A stretch of DNA of 64,000 nt, taken from Lepidodermella squamata (lineage: Eukaryota; Animalia; Gastrotricha). Location of the stretch: assembly GCA_047495785.1 (NCBI GenBank), contig JBLDXI010000015.1, positions 4,030,001 through 4,094,000 of the forward strand, given 5' to 3'. Below the pieces are notes generated by a model, which was not told where the DNA came from, did no database searches, and was given only the letters and a program-made list of their open reading frames with translations. Shown piece after piece: positions 11,167-22,192 of the stretch (position 1 is the first letter of the stretch; every line of letters begins with the position of its first letter). Made by a program: the position numbers and the translations under genes.

Positions 11167-14137
11167 TCTTAGTACACTCAGAAAAAGTAGAATCATCGTA
11201 ATCCAGTGGAATTGCCAGGGCATCAAGGCGAAAAGAGCTGAACTTCTCCACATTATAGAGCAATATGGGCCTCATGTCATTCTTTTAAACGAGACTTGGC
11301 TAAAGTTCGGCGAGAAATTCGACCTCCCTGGCTACACTGCTTTCCGCGTAGATAGATTAGGAGCGTACGGGCTAAACTGTGGCGGCGTCGCAATCTTTAT
11401 TAGTCAGTCAAAGCCAATACTAGATTGTGCCGAAGTAAAGTTTGCGCCAGCCTCTAGAGGCGAGTGGCTTGCAGTTGAGCTGCTAGTAGGCGAAGTCAAC
11501 GCCTCAGCGAGACTTACGATTGCCACAGGGTACAATCCTTCACATAGCCCATTAGACACATCTTTCGTTAGAGAGGTCTTGAGTGATCCGTCTACAAACT
11601 CGATCTTCGCTGGCGACTTGAACGCCTGGGCGGAAGAGTTAGGTTGCGCGGACTGGAACGTTCAGCGAACGGGAAGCGGGGGGCTTCTTTCGGAGTACCT
11701 AAAATCCTCCTCTGTGGTTTTGCATAGCTCGCCAACTGCTCCCACGCGGTTCAGGGAAGGTCACGTGTCGCGAGTCTTAGATGTATGGCTCAGTTCACTG
11801 GCTGCTGATAAGTGTTTCAACCGTGCGCCTGCTGTTCTAGATTGCTATCGAAGCGATCATGCCGTCACTATCGCGGGCCTCACACTCGTGCTCCCGGAGC
11901 GGAACTCCTGTTCACCGTTGGCCAATGCCTCGGTGCCGGCAGCCGCTCGGGACGTTCGTTTCGATTTTTTGAACGCCGACTGGCCTGAATACCAGAGAGT
12001 ATGCGCGGAGAAGATAGCGCCAGTCGTTCGCCCAAAAGGCGGGGACTCGGTCAGGGCGCTGGACGTCTTCGCCGCAAGTATCTCCGAGGTAATAATGAGT
12101 AGCGCGAAAACCACGCTAGCTCGTGTGCCGGTGGCTAAATTGCCTAAGGTACGACTCAGCCATGCTGTCAAGCGGGCTATCGAGGCCAGGAATCGGTGTG
12201 ACAAGAAAAATCGAAATGAACGCTCTGCTGCGTCTAAAGCGGCTTTAAATGCTGCGACACGGCAGGTGGCGCGAGAGGTCGCGATAGAGGCGGATAAAAA
12301 ATGTCGGCGGCGGTTGAACCACATAGCACAGCTTTTTCAGGCGCAGCAAGCTGCCCTGGCGTGGCAACACGCACAGCGTATTTTGGGGGAATCGAAAGGC
12401 TCGCAACGCGTGATCCCCACCCTTAACTTAGCGAACGGGACGAAGGTGACGTCAAACCCAGAGAAGGCGAGGGTTTTTGCTGAAAATTGGGCGCCGACGT
12501 TCCAGGCCGCGCCTCGTAGCTCACCGCATCAGGCGGACCAAGAATTTTGGGACTCGATCGACCAAGCATGCGAGGTAGACGAGGAGCTCAATGCCTCTCT
12601 AACAATACCAGATAAATTAGACGTCATGATTTCTAGGAACGCCTTCAACTCCCAGCTTGCCCGGTTGAAGCTTAAAGCTCCCGGGGAAGATGGGATCCTC
12701 AACCCGTTGATTAAGAACGCTCCCCCACCTCTCCTAGAGGCTATCCTTCTCCTGTTTAATTTATCTTTGAACGCCGGCTATCTGCCAGCTGCTTGGAAAA
12801 TTGGAATTGTGGTACCGGTGCCCAAGGCGGGGAAATCGCAACGGTCCCTGGATGGGTATAGGCCAGTTTCCTTAACCAGCTGCATGGCAAAGCTTCTGGA
12901 GGCCGTCGTGGCTGGGTTCATTCTTGAGTTCTGCTTGCGGAACAAGATTTTGACGCCAAGCCAAGTCGGGTTCCAGAAGTGGCTGTCAGTCTTGGATGCC
13001 ATCCTCAGACTTATGCATGACATCACAGACGGATTCGTGCATAAAGATGAGTTGGGCAGACCTGATAAATTAACTACTGTTGTGGCGTTCCTGGACTACA
13101 AGGCAGCTTTCGACTCCATTTGGCACAACGGTTTACGAATGGTCCTTAAAGGCCTTGGCCTACCCGTAGCCGTTGTGCGGTGGATTTCGGACTTCTTACG
13201 CGACAGGCGTATGAAAGTAAGGGTAGGAGACAGTTTCAGTGAAGACGTCGAGGTAGCTTGCGGAGTCCCTCAGGGATCTCCTTTATCCCCGATACTCTTC
13301 ATCATCTACACTTCTTCGTCCCTCCCAGCGGAGGTCGACAAGGACGACGCGGTAAAAAGAACTGCCGCGGCGGCATACGCCGACGACCAGGCTGTGTGGG
13401 CTACAGGGCGACCGGCCCCACTCGTCACTGCTCGTGTCCAAGCGGCACTTCGGGTCACAGAACGCTGGTCTCAGCGCTGGAGACTTGACCTGAACCCGAG
13501 GAAGTGCGAGTGGGTCGCATTCGGCGCCAACGTCAACCTCACAGCTGGTCAACTCCAGTTGGGAGGCATCTGCCTGCCTAGAGTGCAACAGTTCAAGTAC
13601 CTAGGTGTTTGGCTGTCCAAGCACTTGTGCTGGACGCCGCACTTAGAGCACGTCAGCGCACGAGCCCTTCCTCGTATTTTCGCCCTTTTTCGTGGCAGGG
13701 TAAAGACTCACCCCACCTTGGGTCTCCTGTTCTACAAGAGCGTCATCCGGCCGCTGTTGGAATTCGGTGCCCCGGCGTTCGCCAACTCGAAGCCACAGTT
13801 CATCGAAAAACTGGCGGTCTTAGAACGGCGGGCCCTTAAGATCATCTTGGGTCTCCCACGCCGGTGCCCGAATGAGATCTATCAGCGGCGGTTGAAGGCC
13901 ACTTTTCGGGAGTTCCAGCTGATCGAAGAACGTTTGTCCACCCTATCGTTCAACTGCTTCAACAGGGCGCTTGAAGCAGGTAGCGTGCTAGGCGAAATAG
14001 TTCGTCAGAGTCGCGATAGGCCCGTGCCGGAGAGTAAATCCCCAGTGCGTTTCTTTCTTGACCATCTATTGGGAGCTGGGCCTCTACCTTCGGTTCGATC
14101 GTCCTTTGATCGACTTCCAGCGATCCTAGCAGTTTAG
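11159..14137 (+). CDS. LINE ORF2: APE endonuclease + reverse transcriptase
   Basis: QWNCQG, LNETWL, AGDLNA, SDH (endonuclease); APGEDG, YRPVSLTS, FLDYKAAFDSIWH, GVPQGSPLSP, YADD, YLGV (RT). Overlaps ORF1 by 8 nt. Confidence 0.97.
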   Translation: MPSLSTLRKSRIIVIQWNCQGIKAKRAELLHIIEQYGPHVILLNETWLKFGEKFDLPGYTAFRVDRLGAYGLNCGGVAIFISQSKPILDCAEVKFAPASRGEWLAVELLVGEVNASARLTIATGYNPSHSPLDTSFVREVLSDPSTNSIFAGDLNAWAEELGCADWNVQRTGSGGLLSEYLKSSSVVLHSSPTAPTRFREGHVSRVLDVWLSSLAADKCFNRAPAVLDCYRSDHAVTIAGLTLVLPERNSCSPLANASVPAAARDVRFDFLNADWPEYQRVCAEKIAPVVRPKGGDSVRALDVFAASISEVIMSSAKTTLARVPVAKLPKVRLSHAVKRAIEARNRCDKKNRNERSAASKAALNAATRQVAREVAIEADKKCRRRLNHIAQLFQAQQAALAWQHAQRILGESKGSQRVIPTLNLANGTKVTSNPEKARVFAENWAPTFQAAPRSSPHQADQEFWDSIDQACEVDEELNASLTIPDKLDVMISRNAFNSQLARLKLKAPGEDGILNPLIKNAPPPLLEAILLLFNLSLNAGYLPAAWKIGIVVPVPKAGKSQRSLDGYRPVSLTSCMAKLLEAVVAGFILEFCLRNKILTPSQVGFQKWLSVLDAILRLMHDITDGFVHKDELGRPDKLTTVVAFLDYKAAFDSIWHNGLRMVLKGLGLPVAVVRWISDFLRDRRMKVRVGDSFSEDVEVACGVPQGSPLSPILFIIYTSSSLPAEVDKDDAVKRTAAAAYADDQAVWATGRPAPLVTARVQAALRVTERWSQRWRLDLNPRKCEWVAFGANVNLTAGQLQLGGICLPRVQQFKYLGVWLSKHLCWTPHLEHVSARALPRIFALFRGRVKTHPTLGLLFYKSVIRPLLEFGAPAFANSKPQFIEKLAVLERRALKIILGLPRRCPNEIYQRRLKATFREFQLIEERLSTLSFNCFNRALEAGSVLGEIVRQSRDRPVPESKSPVRFFLDHLLGAGPLPSVRSSFDRLPAILAV

Positions 14138-15529
14138 GCTGTTGTCGGGTGTTAGAGGCGGAAAGCCAGCGGCGGGTGGCGGTCCATGGAAGCAACGACC
14201 CGAGCGCAGCTTGTCGCGGGGAGGGCAGGTTCGTTGCGGGTGGCGATGAGAGCATCGCTCCCTGCGCGGCCGGACCTTTCCGGTTCCTGACTAGTGGCGG
14301 ATAGATGCTATCCGTGCGCTGTAGGTTCCCTCTCAGTTCCTCTCTTCTATCTTATTTCTTTCTCTAGTCCCCTAGGTCTTTTCAAATTATCTTTTCAAAA
14401 TCTCTATGTATGTGAAAGGCAATCGGTTCGGGTCCGGTTAAATCGTATTTTGTTATGTGCCGCAAGAGGCCCCGGTTCGAGTCCGGCTATGTTTTCTGTT
14501 TTCTTGTCCTAGATCTTAGACTTTTTAAAATTGAATTGTAATGCCGAGGCATGGTCCTTAAGGCATGTTCTTAGTTTGCGGATCGTCGATCCTGGTAGCA
14601 GTTGGGCCTCGGGTGGCGGCACGCACCAAACGGCGGCCCGAGGCGATGAGTGGTTGGTTCCTTTTGGTGGCTGATGGACTATCTGTAGATTTTCGTCGAT
14701 GCAGGCAGCGGTTGGGCCTCGGGTGGCGGCACGCGCAAAGCGGCGGCCCGAGGCGTTGGCTTGGAAGTATTCCCGTATTAACATTATAATGAACACTGTA
14801 TATTTATAGTTATTTGTCATTCTGTCGACCTCGCTTAATACGCGGAGCCGTAGCTGTGCATATTCAATTTGCTAACACTGAGGGGCCACTAACAGCCCGG
14901 TAATCTCCTATTTAGCCTGCGGGCTGAGGAATTGTTTTTCTAATTTACCTAATAAACCAACACTTCATTAGCAATAAGTCCTTCTTTTTCTAACAAGTGA
15001 CTACCAAGTGCCATCAAGAGACCCTGCCATGTTTAGGTAGTTGCCGTGCCCGGTGGCATACCATACTACCGAGCCGGCACTACCTGGTCTAGGTTGGGCG
15101 GATTTTGATCAACCAGCTATTCAAAAAAGTACAATATAAAAATAAAACTGGAAAGGGCTGCTATTTTTCTAAACATTTTGAAATTATACTAAATTTGCTG
15201 ATCAGGGGTGCTAAAAGTGATTATTATCAGCAAATATTGGAACCGAAATGACCCCTCATCAGGGTGAGCTGATTAGGGTTCATTTCAATATAACCCCTGA
15301 TCAGGGTGCATATTACCCCCTGATCAGCTATAGTAATGACTAGGAGCTATGACCCCTGATCAGCCCCCTTATCAGAGGTTATTTTTTTCTAGTGCACTGT
15401 ATATGGTTATTTTTCGAATTGTCATCTGAGGTTTGTGGTTTGTGGTCACCTTGTTATTTCGACCGACGCAGTGTTGATGACATCTTGGAAAATTTCGTCA
15501 CGTGGTTGAAATCGAGCGGGTAAACTGGT

Positions 15530-17680
15530 ATTATTTAAGGAATTCTTCCCGGTGTTGAGGGCAGAACCGAGAATTCTGCCCGCTGAAAATGCCCGAGGGC
15601 GTAGCGGAGCGCAGCGAAGCGAAGCCCGAGGGTATTTTCAAGGGCTGAATTCGAGGTTTTGCCCGAGACACAAGGGAAGAGTTCCTGTTCCTTCCCAGTT
15701 GGTTATTTTCGTTAATCCGACACTCGGACGAGTGAAAATGGGGAATGGTGTATAGTGCGTATGAAAGATGACCGTTGTTAATAACGATAATAAGAAATCC
15801 AGCTTAAAATTTGTAGCAAATTTTTTTTTTGAATTTTTTTTGTTCGTTGTTCATTTCCTTGTTTTATTATCAATTGAATATTGCGAATTTCCGTCGAATT
15901 TTCAATGGAGATCACTTTTGATATTGGCGACCTGGGCCTCGGTGCTCTCGCTGACGGCTCCGTGGAAGTGAAACAGCGCGAAGAATCCGATCCAATTCGA
16001 CTTCTCGAACGAGAACTTGATGCTGATATCGAAGAAGAAGAATCCGATGAAGAGGGTGATACGTCGGAGTTCATTCAAGAAGTCGAAAATTTCGTGGCTG
16101 GTTTTGAAGCAAACGGCACAGCTCAGAAAACCAAGCAGCACTGGAGCCGATTTGTCGCATTTGTCGAGCAGCGATTCCACATTTCGGAGCAACTATTAGT
16201 TGAACTTACGGTCAAGGATATGGATCTCTATGTCGCTCTTTTTCTCAAGCAGTTGACGAAGACTGATGGTAGCGCGATGGAGCCGACAACGATTCGAGGC
16301 ATTTATTCCTCCATCATTCGCCATCTCCGCGATGTGACGAAGAACGAAATCAACTTCACCATGGCGAGAGTCGATTTCTTCTATAGCATGAAAATGCTGA
16401 AATCCAAGTTTGTCGAATCTAAGCGTGCTGGAAAGGGAAATAAAGCCCGAGCATCTGAATGCCTAGAACGAGAAGATATTGATAAAATGCGTGAGGCGAA
16501 AACGCTGACTGATGACACGCCAATCGGTTTGATCACGATGCTGTGGCTGGTTTTCACCGTGTATTTCGGTCTTCGTGGCCGTGATGAACATCTACAAATG
16601 AAGTAGGTTGTTGGATTGCCATTGAAAAATTGTTAAATTGGCCGTTTTCAGGTTTGGTGATGTCCAGCTAAAAACCGAATCTGGAGGTCGCAGGTATCTC
16701 GAATTCAACGAGCGACAGACTAAAACCAGGAATGGCGAATCAACCCACTCAAAACTGGCACCACGAGCATACGAGAACGGTGGCTTTTTCTGCCCGGTTC
16801 GATTGTTCCTTATTTTTTGTGCAAAACGACCGGGAAAGTTTTCGCGCCCGAGTGACCCAATGTATGTTGGTTGCCTGACCCGATTTCGACCCGACGGCCT
16901 CTTCTACAAATGCCAACATTTGGGCAAGAACCCCCTTGGATCGCTCCTCAAGGACGCCGCTGTCGGTGCTGGTATTACCAAACGAATCACGAACCACTCG
17001 GCTCGAAAGTTTCTCGTCTCAACCCTCTCTGAACTCGGTGTCGATTCTCGAAAGATCATCCAGATTACTGGTCATGCATCGGTCGATTCTCTGAACAGTT
17101 ACCACAAACTCAACACCTCTGAACGACGAAGTATCAGCGACAAACTGGCTGTCGGTTTCGGTGATGGACAATCAGCTGCAGTTTCGGGTGTGTCTGCACA
17201 AGAGATCAAGCCAACCGAAGGATTGGTGGTGGCCGAGTCGCATTTCTCGCAAACGCTGCTGCTTCGAAACGTCGAAAATGACCCGCGCGATGAGCCACCC
17301 GTAAAGCAAGCTAAACCCATGCCGATCTTCAATTTCTCGAATTGCTCCGTCGTTATTAACAATTAATCCGGCCCAAACACTTGTTTTAAAGTTTAAACAT
17401 TCTAATAAAGGTTATTCACTTGTTCACTCGTTTGGTCAGAGTCTGAAGGTTGTAGTAAAGGGACTGGGAACGGAAATTGAAGTTGTGCAACATTATTTCA
17501 GGTGAGAGGTTTTCCCGAATTTTCGAGAGCATCAATTGATTTTCGAAAATAAAAAATCCACCCTAATCGTTTGAGCGGGCAGAAACAGCGGGCAGAAACA
17601 TCGGGCAGAATCACTTTTTCCGTCTAGGCAAAAAATAACCAACTGGGCAGGAACATCGAGTTTTCGCTCGATATAGTCAA
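15530..17680 (+). mobile_element. Crypton-type tyrosine-recombinase DNA transposon (boundaries approximate)
   Basis: Recombinase gene flanked by a 24-bp inverted repeat (15687-15710 and 17631-17654) and a left-side CCCGAGGG...CCCGAGGG motif. Confidence 0.7.
15905..17366 (+). CDS. Crypton tyrosine recombinase (DUF3504-like), 470 aa after splicing
   Basis: Intron 16603-16651 (GT..AG, 49 nt) joins the two ORFs in frame. Catalytic set GLRGRDEH, TKT, CPV, HSAR, TGH, SLNSY; C-terminal FNFSNCSVVIN motif. Confidence 0.9.
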
Positions 17681-17744
17681 CAGTCAACAAGAAAGGGCAC
17701 AAGAATCGCGAGAGACGGTCGCGAGGAGAAATTAGCGTCAATGT

Positions 17745-18065
17745 AGTCCTTCACCGCCCCGAAAAGCCTTTCCACCAAATTCGTCGTATTTATGAACAGA
17801 AGAGGAAGATACAACAGTGGTACAAGGCCCACATTTTCTCGCAATCCAACCAACAGCGTTTAAAATAGGCGCGAAGCGGTTGGATTTTCTTACCAATTTT
17901 TACCGTGACTTCTTCTCCCACTAACAAATTCCAATTATCAATTGCAGCTTTGAACGCCGCCTCGCTCCACGAGTTTATCATGCACTTGAGAGCCGCAGAC
18001 AACTGTCATTATTCAGGTATTTTATGTTTTATGACATGAAACACGCACAAAAAGATTAGGGTTCA
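17745..18065 (-). pseudogene. Mutator-like (MULE) transposase remnant
   Basis: Minus-strand fragments LIFLCVFHVIK (CxxH), YFKRCWLDCEKMWA and TTNLVERLFGAVK resemble the MULE catalytic region; frames are broken. Confidence 0.55.
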
Positions 18066-18663
18066 GCTTGATGAGAAGGTCGATTTGCTCACAATCTTTA
18101 TCGACGAAAATGGTAATTGGGTTGGAAAATTTGCGCGAAAGATTTCAGCATTGCCTCAACGTTTTCACCACGTTCATCACTCAGCAATTTCAAAGTTTCG
18201 TCGAGAAGCTGATTTGTTTTTTCATCGGATTTCCTGTGAAATAATTAGGTAGGTTTTATTCGCTAAATTTTCCAGAATTTCTTCAATTTTTCAAACAATT
18301 TCAATACTTTTACAATATTTTTTCCGAACATTCTGGGCGAAATAAATGAACGTATGCGGGCAGTGCGGGCGCGGGTAAGCCGGGTCGAATAAAAAAACAC
18401 CCTTGGGATTGCATAGCGGACGATGACGGACTAATAAAGCGGCGTTTGGGCCGTGCCGCGATTTGTTGCAGTATGATTCATATTCGCTTTTTGTGTAATG
18501 CAAACGCGTGCCGAGTGTTTATTGCTGACGGCTCGGTCAAAAGTGCTTTTTTGAGTCGCGTTTTCCCGGTATACGCTGATCAGCGGCGCAAAGAACGTTG
18601 AAATTTCTTGATTTTTAGCCTATTAGTTATTCAATTTTTATATCATCTGCTTTTCGTGTTATC

Positions 18664-19150
18664 ATGGCTGATCAAGCTGTTATCGAGACGTTAATTTACC
18701 TTCCCGAAAGCCCTAACCGCCCGTTGAAAAGCGACTCGACTCGAGCGTTTTGTTTGACAATGGAAATATCGCTGCAACTGCTGAAAAATTTACCTGCCCG
18801 ATTTTTGCCTATCAAATGTGTACTGATTGCCGTCGTCGTTGGCATTTTGGCTACTCGTGCGATGGGAAAGCTGATTGGCTTGAAGAAGATCGAGCCACAG
18901 CCAGCCAGTTGTTGACAACGATCGTTGAGCTTCGAAGCTCAGTTCCGTCAGTTTTACGCTGTCAAGCAGCTTCAAACTTGTCCGAAATGCGGTCAAAAAA
19001 CGTCGAAAAACGTCGAAAATGCGTCGAAAAAACGGACGGCTGCAACCACATGCACTGGCGATGCGGCTGGGATTTCTGCTACCTTCAGCCGTTTCAGTTC
19101 AGCCGTAACGGCTATTCGAAACACGCGCGCCAAGGTCCCGACGCTTCTGC
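18664..19150 (+). pseudogene. Gene A2: deleted, frameshifted copy of gene A
   Basis: MADQAVIETLIYLPESPNRP start joined directly to the IBR second half (about 950 bp equivalent to 2025-2976 missing); RING2 damaged. Upstream 18350-18660 is homologous to 1600-1900. Confidence 0.9.
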
Positions 19151-19570
19151 CACTTCGCTTTGTTATCTTAGCATCTTAATAACCCTTACAATTTTAACGA
19201 TAGGTAATCAAGTAAAAAATTTCAATTTTTCAATTTATAGAAAAATTATTGACAGTTCTTGTTTGTTTTGCTGGCTCATATCGGCGGAAGACTCACAGAC
19301 GCTGTGTAAGTTTTATATTTGGGTATCTTGGCTGATGCGTGGAATAACTTGGCCGCGTGGCTGATGAACCGAACGATGAATCATAGACTATGATTCATGG
19401 GTCATCAGCTTTCAACATTGAAGCTTTATAGCTTTATAGCATATCTGGTGTGATGGCGTTATCGCCAAAAACGCCAAAATGAACGATGGCAACACGCGTT
19501 CATTCATATAAAAAAAAAGTAAAAATCCGAGCCAATTTTTTTATGACCATATCAAAGACGCGCATGTTAT

Positions 19571-19681
19571 GCGATAACGATTTTAGATTTGATCATTACT
19601 AAACTCTGCGATAACGATTTTAGATTTGATCATTACTTAACTCTGCGATAACGATTTTAGATTTGATCATTACTAAACTCT
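19571..19681. repeat. Tandem repeat, 3 x 37 bp
   Basis: GCGATAACGATTTTAGATTTGATCATTACT(A/T)AACTCT x3, head to tail, no spacers. Confidence 0.95.
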
Positions 19682-20086
19682 CTGAACTCGGGACCGCACT
19701 TTAAATAAGCGACACAATTATAACCTAATTTATAATTGTTCTTCCACACCTTTGTGCCTTCTGCAACCACTTACTGTAGCGTTGGGCAATTTAAAAAAAA
19801 AAAATGCTCGATTTCTCCCGCAAGGCCTACTGATCTCTGTTTTGATTGCAGAATGGTATATGGAAAATGCGCTTGGTGAAATTAGGAATTTTTTATTATT
19901 TAAAATTTGACCGATCTCGGTATGACAGAAATACATTGAAATTCCAGGGGTAAAGTTGACGAGCCCGTCGCCTCGTCTTCATATATGTGAGTTACACATT
20001 TTATAATCGAATTTTACTGAATATAAAATATAAAATTACGATGCATTTTTTTAGATTTTTAGTTGTATCCAATTTTTGCTGTTGCG

Positions 20087-22053
20087 ATGGCTCGTTCCAG
20101 CGGAAAAATGACAGACACTGTGTAAGTTTTGTATTCTGATGAAGCAAAGGCTAAAGCAAAGAAAAGCATGAAAAGCAACAATATATATCAAAATTTCACC
20201 CGAGGTTACAAAACTCAAGTTGTGAATTTTAAGAATTTAATTTAATTTTGGGCGTGTACGATTTGGTGTTTTCACGAATTACCTGCAATTAAATTCCGCT
20301 AACTGTAAAAGAAAAATAAATTAATATTTATAAGAATTTTGACGACTTTGACGACTTTGACGATGACAATAAATTAAAATAATTGGGCCAGAACTACTAT
20401 AATCGATCAGTTAGATTTACTAGACCTATTGAGTCCATAAATTCGCTTGTTTTTTATGATCACAGGAAGAATCTCATGAACTTGAATGGCGAAGAGCGTA
20501 AGGAAGAAAAACATTCTTCAATCTCGTCACGGCACACTGTTGCAGTTTCGGAATTCACCAGAGCTCCCCCTGGCCTGCCAATGATTGATAGAATCGAAGT
20601 CGATCGAAGCCAGTACGATGTCAACAGCGAATCCGCGTGCACTTTGATGGCTACAGAAGCGATACTAAGGTTGCTGAGTGTCGATGAAGCCACAAGGAAC
20701 ATGCCTCGACCGACAACTCAAATTCTGGAGGAAATTCTTGACACCTGTTCGAACGTCAAATGCGACCATCTAGCTGTTCAAGACCTCGTAGGCGGCGCTG
20801 TTTCTCGCTATTCAAAAGGCTTGAATTTTGGCAAGGAGGAGCAACTTCCCCTGGAAGACATTCGAAAACTCGCCAAGCTAGCTGAAGATCGTTGTCCTTT
20901 TGCGTTATTGCTCACAAAACCACCTGAATCGATTGCGTTAATCGTCCAATCCGCGACTCGCATCATCGTTTTCGATTCGCATCGCCGTCCCCATACTTCA
21001 GGCGCTTATTTCGCTGTTGGAAATTCAATGCCGCTGATATTAAAGGAAATTCAATCGATTTGGCCGATCACCGACCCAGGAATAGGCTATGGATCAACTC
21101 TACAGTTCGATATGCTGAACACCCTTCAATTCGCAGTTTTGACGAGGAAGCCGATTGCCCTTGAGCAGCTGCCTGATCTTGATCTACTGCCGGTTCTTCA
21201 TGCTGGTTTAGAGAGTAAAGTTTCGGCATTGAACAGGCAGGTCTCAGAGCTATCCAAAGAGCTACAAACTGCTCAGGTAAAAAGTTTGACAACTAACAAG
21301 AAAATTAAGGTTTTGCAAATTTCCTGAATTTTTCAATGAATTTGCGTATAATTGAAAAGAACAAGAACTTTCTTTATGGCCCAAACCAGAGTATTTTTCC
21401 GAGGCTCGAGATCATTGGGACGCTCCCCTTTCTCTCACCTTCAGATCCTTTTTTTATGAAGGTGAATGGGACTGCGGAAAGTGCTCGCCAAATTTTGGGG
21501 AAAATTTTGAATTTTTTCTTCGATTGAAATATTGTTTTAATTAGTTCAAAAAGTGACTGCCTGCTTTTTATTGCAGTCTCAAATCGTCCAGCTCCAGAAC
21601 CAGAATGCGTCTATGGTTTCTGATTTATCGCGATTTTTCACCAATCTTTTGCGTGTTCAAGCAACATCAGCAGCGAACAATCTCGAAGCGATTAACAAAC
21701 TCGCTCAAGATTTCAATTTTCCTCTCAACCGAGAAGTAGTGGTTCGGACGAGTGTCCTGCTGACACCAACCCCACCGCCAGCTGCCGAGGCACCCATCAG
21801 CCGTTTCAAATGTTGCCAATGCGAGAAGGTGATGTCAAAAGAGTACGTCTTCAGCATGTCGACGTGCCCCCACGAGATGTGCCGCCTTTGTGCTGGTCTA
21901 TTCATCGGCGGGAAAATTCTCGATCGCAGTTACCCCATTCTGTGCCCGGTGGCGAAGTGCCGCAAAAAGATGGAAGTCGACGATATTCTTCTGGTTTTGA
22001 CTGAAGAGCAAATGGCGAAATTCAGCGAACATCAACAACGATATGGCATCTGA
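20087..22053 (+). CDS. Gene B2: VTD-like deubiquitinase + coiled coil + RING1-type finger (intact)
   Basis: Exons 20087-20121, 20466-21276, 21577-22053 in frame; SQY, SAC and FDSH motifs present. Confidence 0.85.
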
Positions 22054-22192
22054 AAAATGCCATCATTGGACTTCAAAATGAATATTTGAAACTTGACCTT
22101 GAATGAATAATTGAAATAGTGATAAATATAATCAATTTAGGTCATGCTAATGACTATAGACTATAGTTATTCTATAGGTATTTGGATATAAA

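Larger units (their letters stand above)
8540..14961 (+). mobile_element. Full-length non-LTR retrotransposon (Jockey/I-group-like LINE)
   Basis: Two intact ORFs, AATAAA just before the 3' end, candidate target-site duplication ACTTCA (8534-8539 and 14962-14967). Confidence 0.9.
8257..15394. mobile_element. Non-autonomous CACTA/EnSpm-like (CMC) DNA transposon hosting a LINE
   Basis: Termini CACTAGAAAAAATTAACCCCTGAT and ATCAGAGGTTATTTTTTTCTAGTG (24 bp, 2 mismatches), 2-bp CA duplication on both sides, many subterminal CCCTGATCAG(GG) repeats at both ends. Confidence 0.85.
8068..15399. mobile_element. Small Tc1/mariner-pogo-like MITE (8068-8256 + 15395-15399) interrupted in its right end by the CACTA-type element
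   Basis: Left end TAGTTGGAGCCCAGATTTCCCGTC. Rejoined right end GACGGGAAATCGGGCGGGTTCCACTG-TA. Uninterrupted relatives of the right end (GGATTTTCGTGGAACCG..GGTTACACTGTA) occur near 32862 and 45114. Confidence 0.6.

Noticed and set aside
9436-14255. Numerous antisense and alternative-frame ORFs over the LINE and over RBR/DUB/channel exons elsewhere
   Set aside because: Shadow ORFs of real coding sequence with no independent motifs.
14455-14495. tRNA gene at GGTTCGAGTCC
   Set aside because: Only a T-arm/B-box-like motif; no cloverleaf could be built.
15905-17366. Prophage or bacterial integrase contamination
   Set aside because: Contains a spliceosomal intron, polyA signal and Crypton/DUF3504-type motifs.
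19571-19681. 37-bp repeats as a CRISPR array
   Set aside because: Head-to-tail with no spacers, no cas genes, eukaryotic context.
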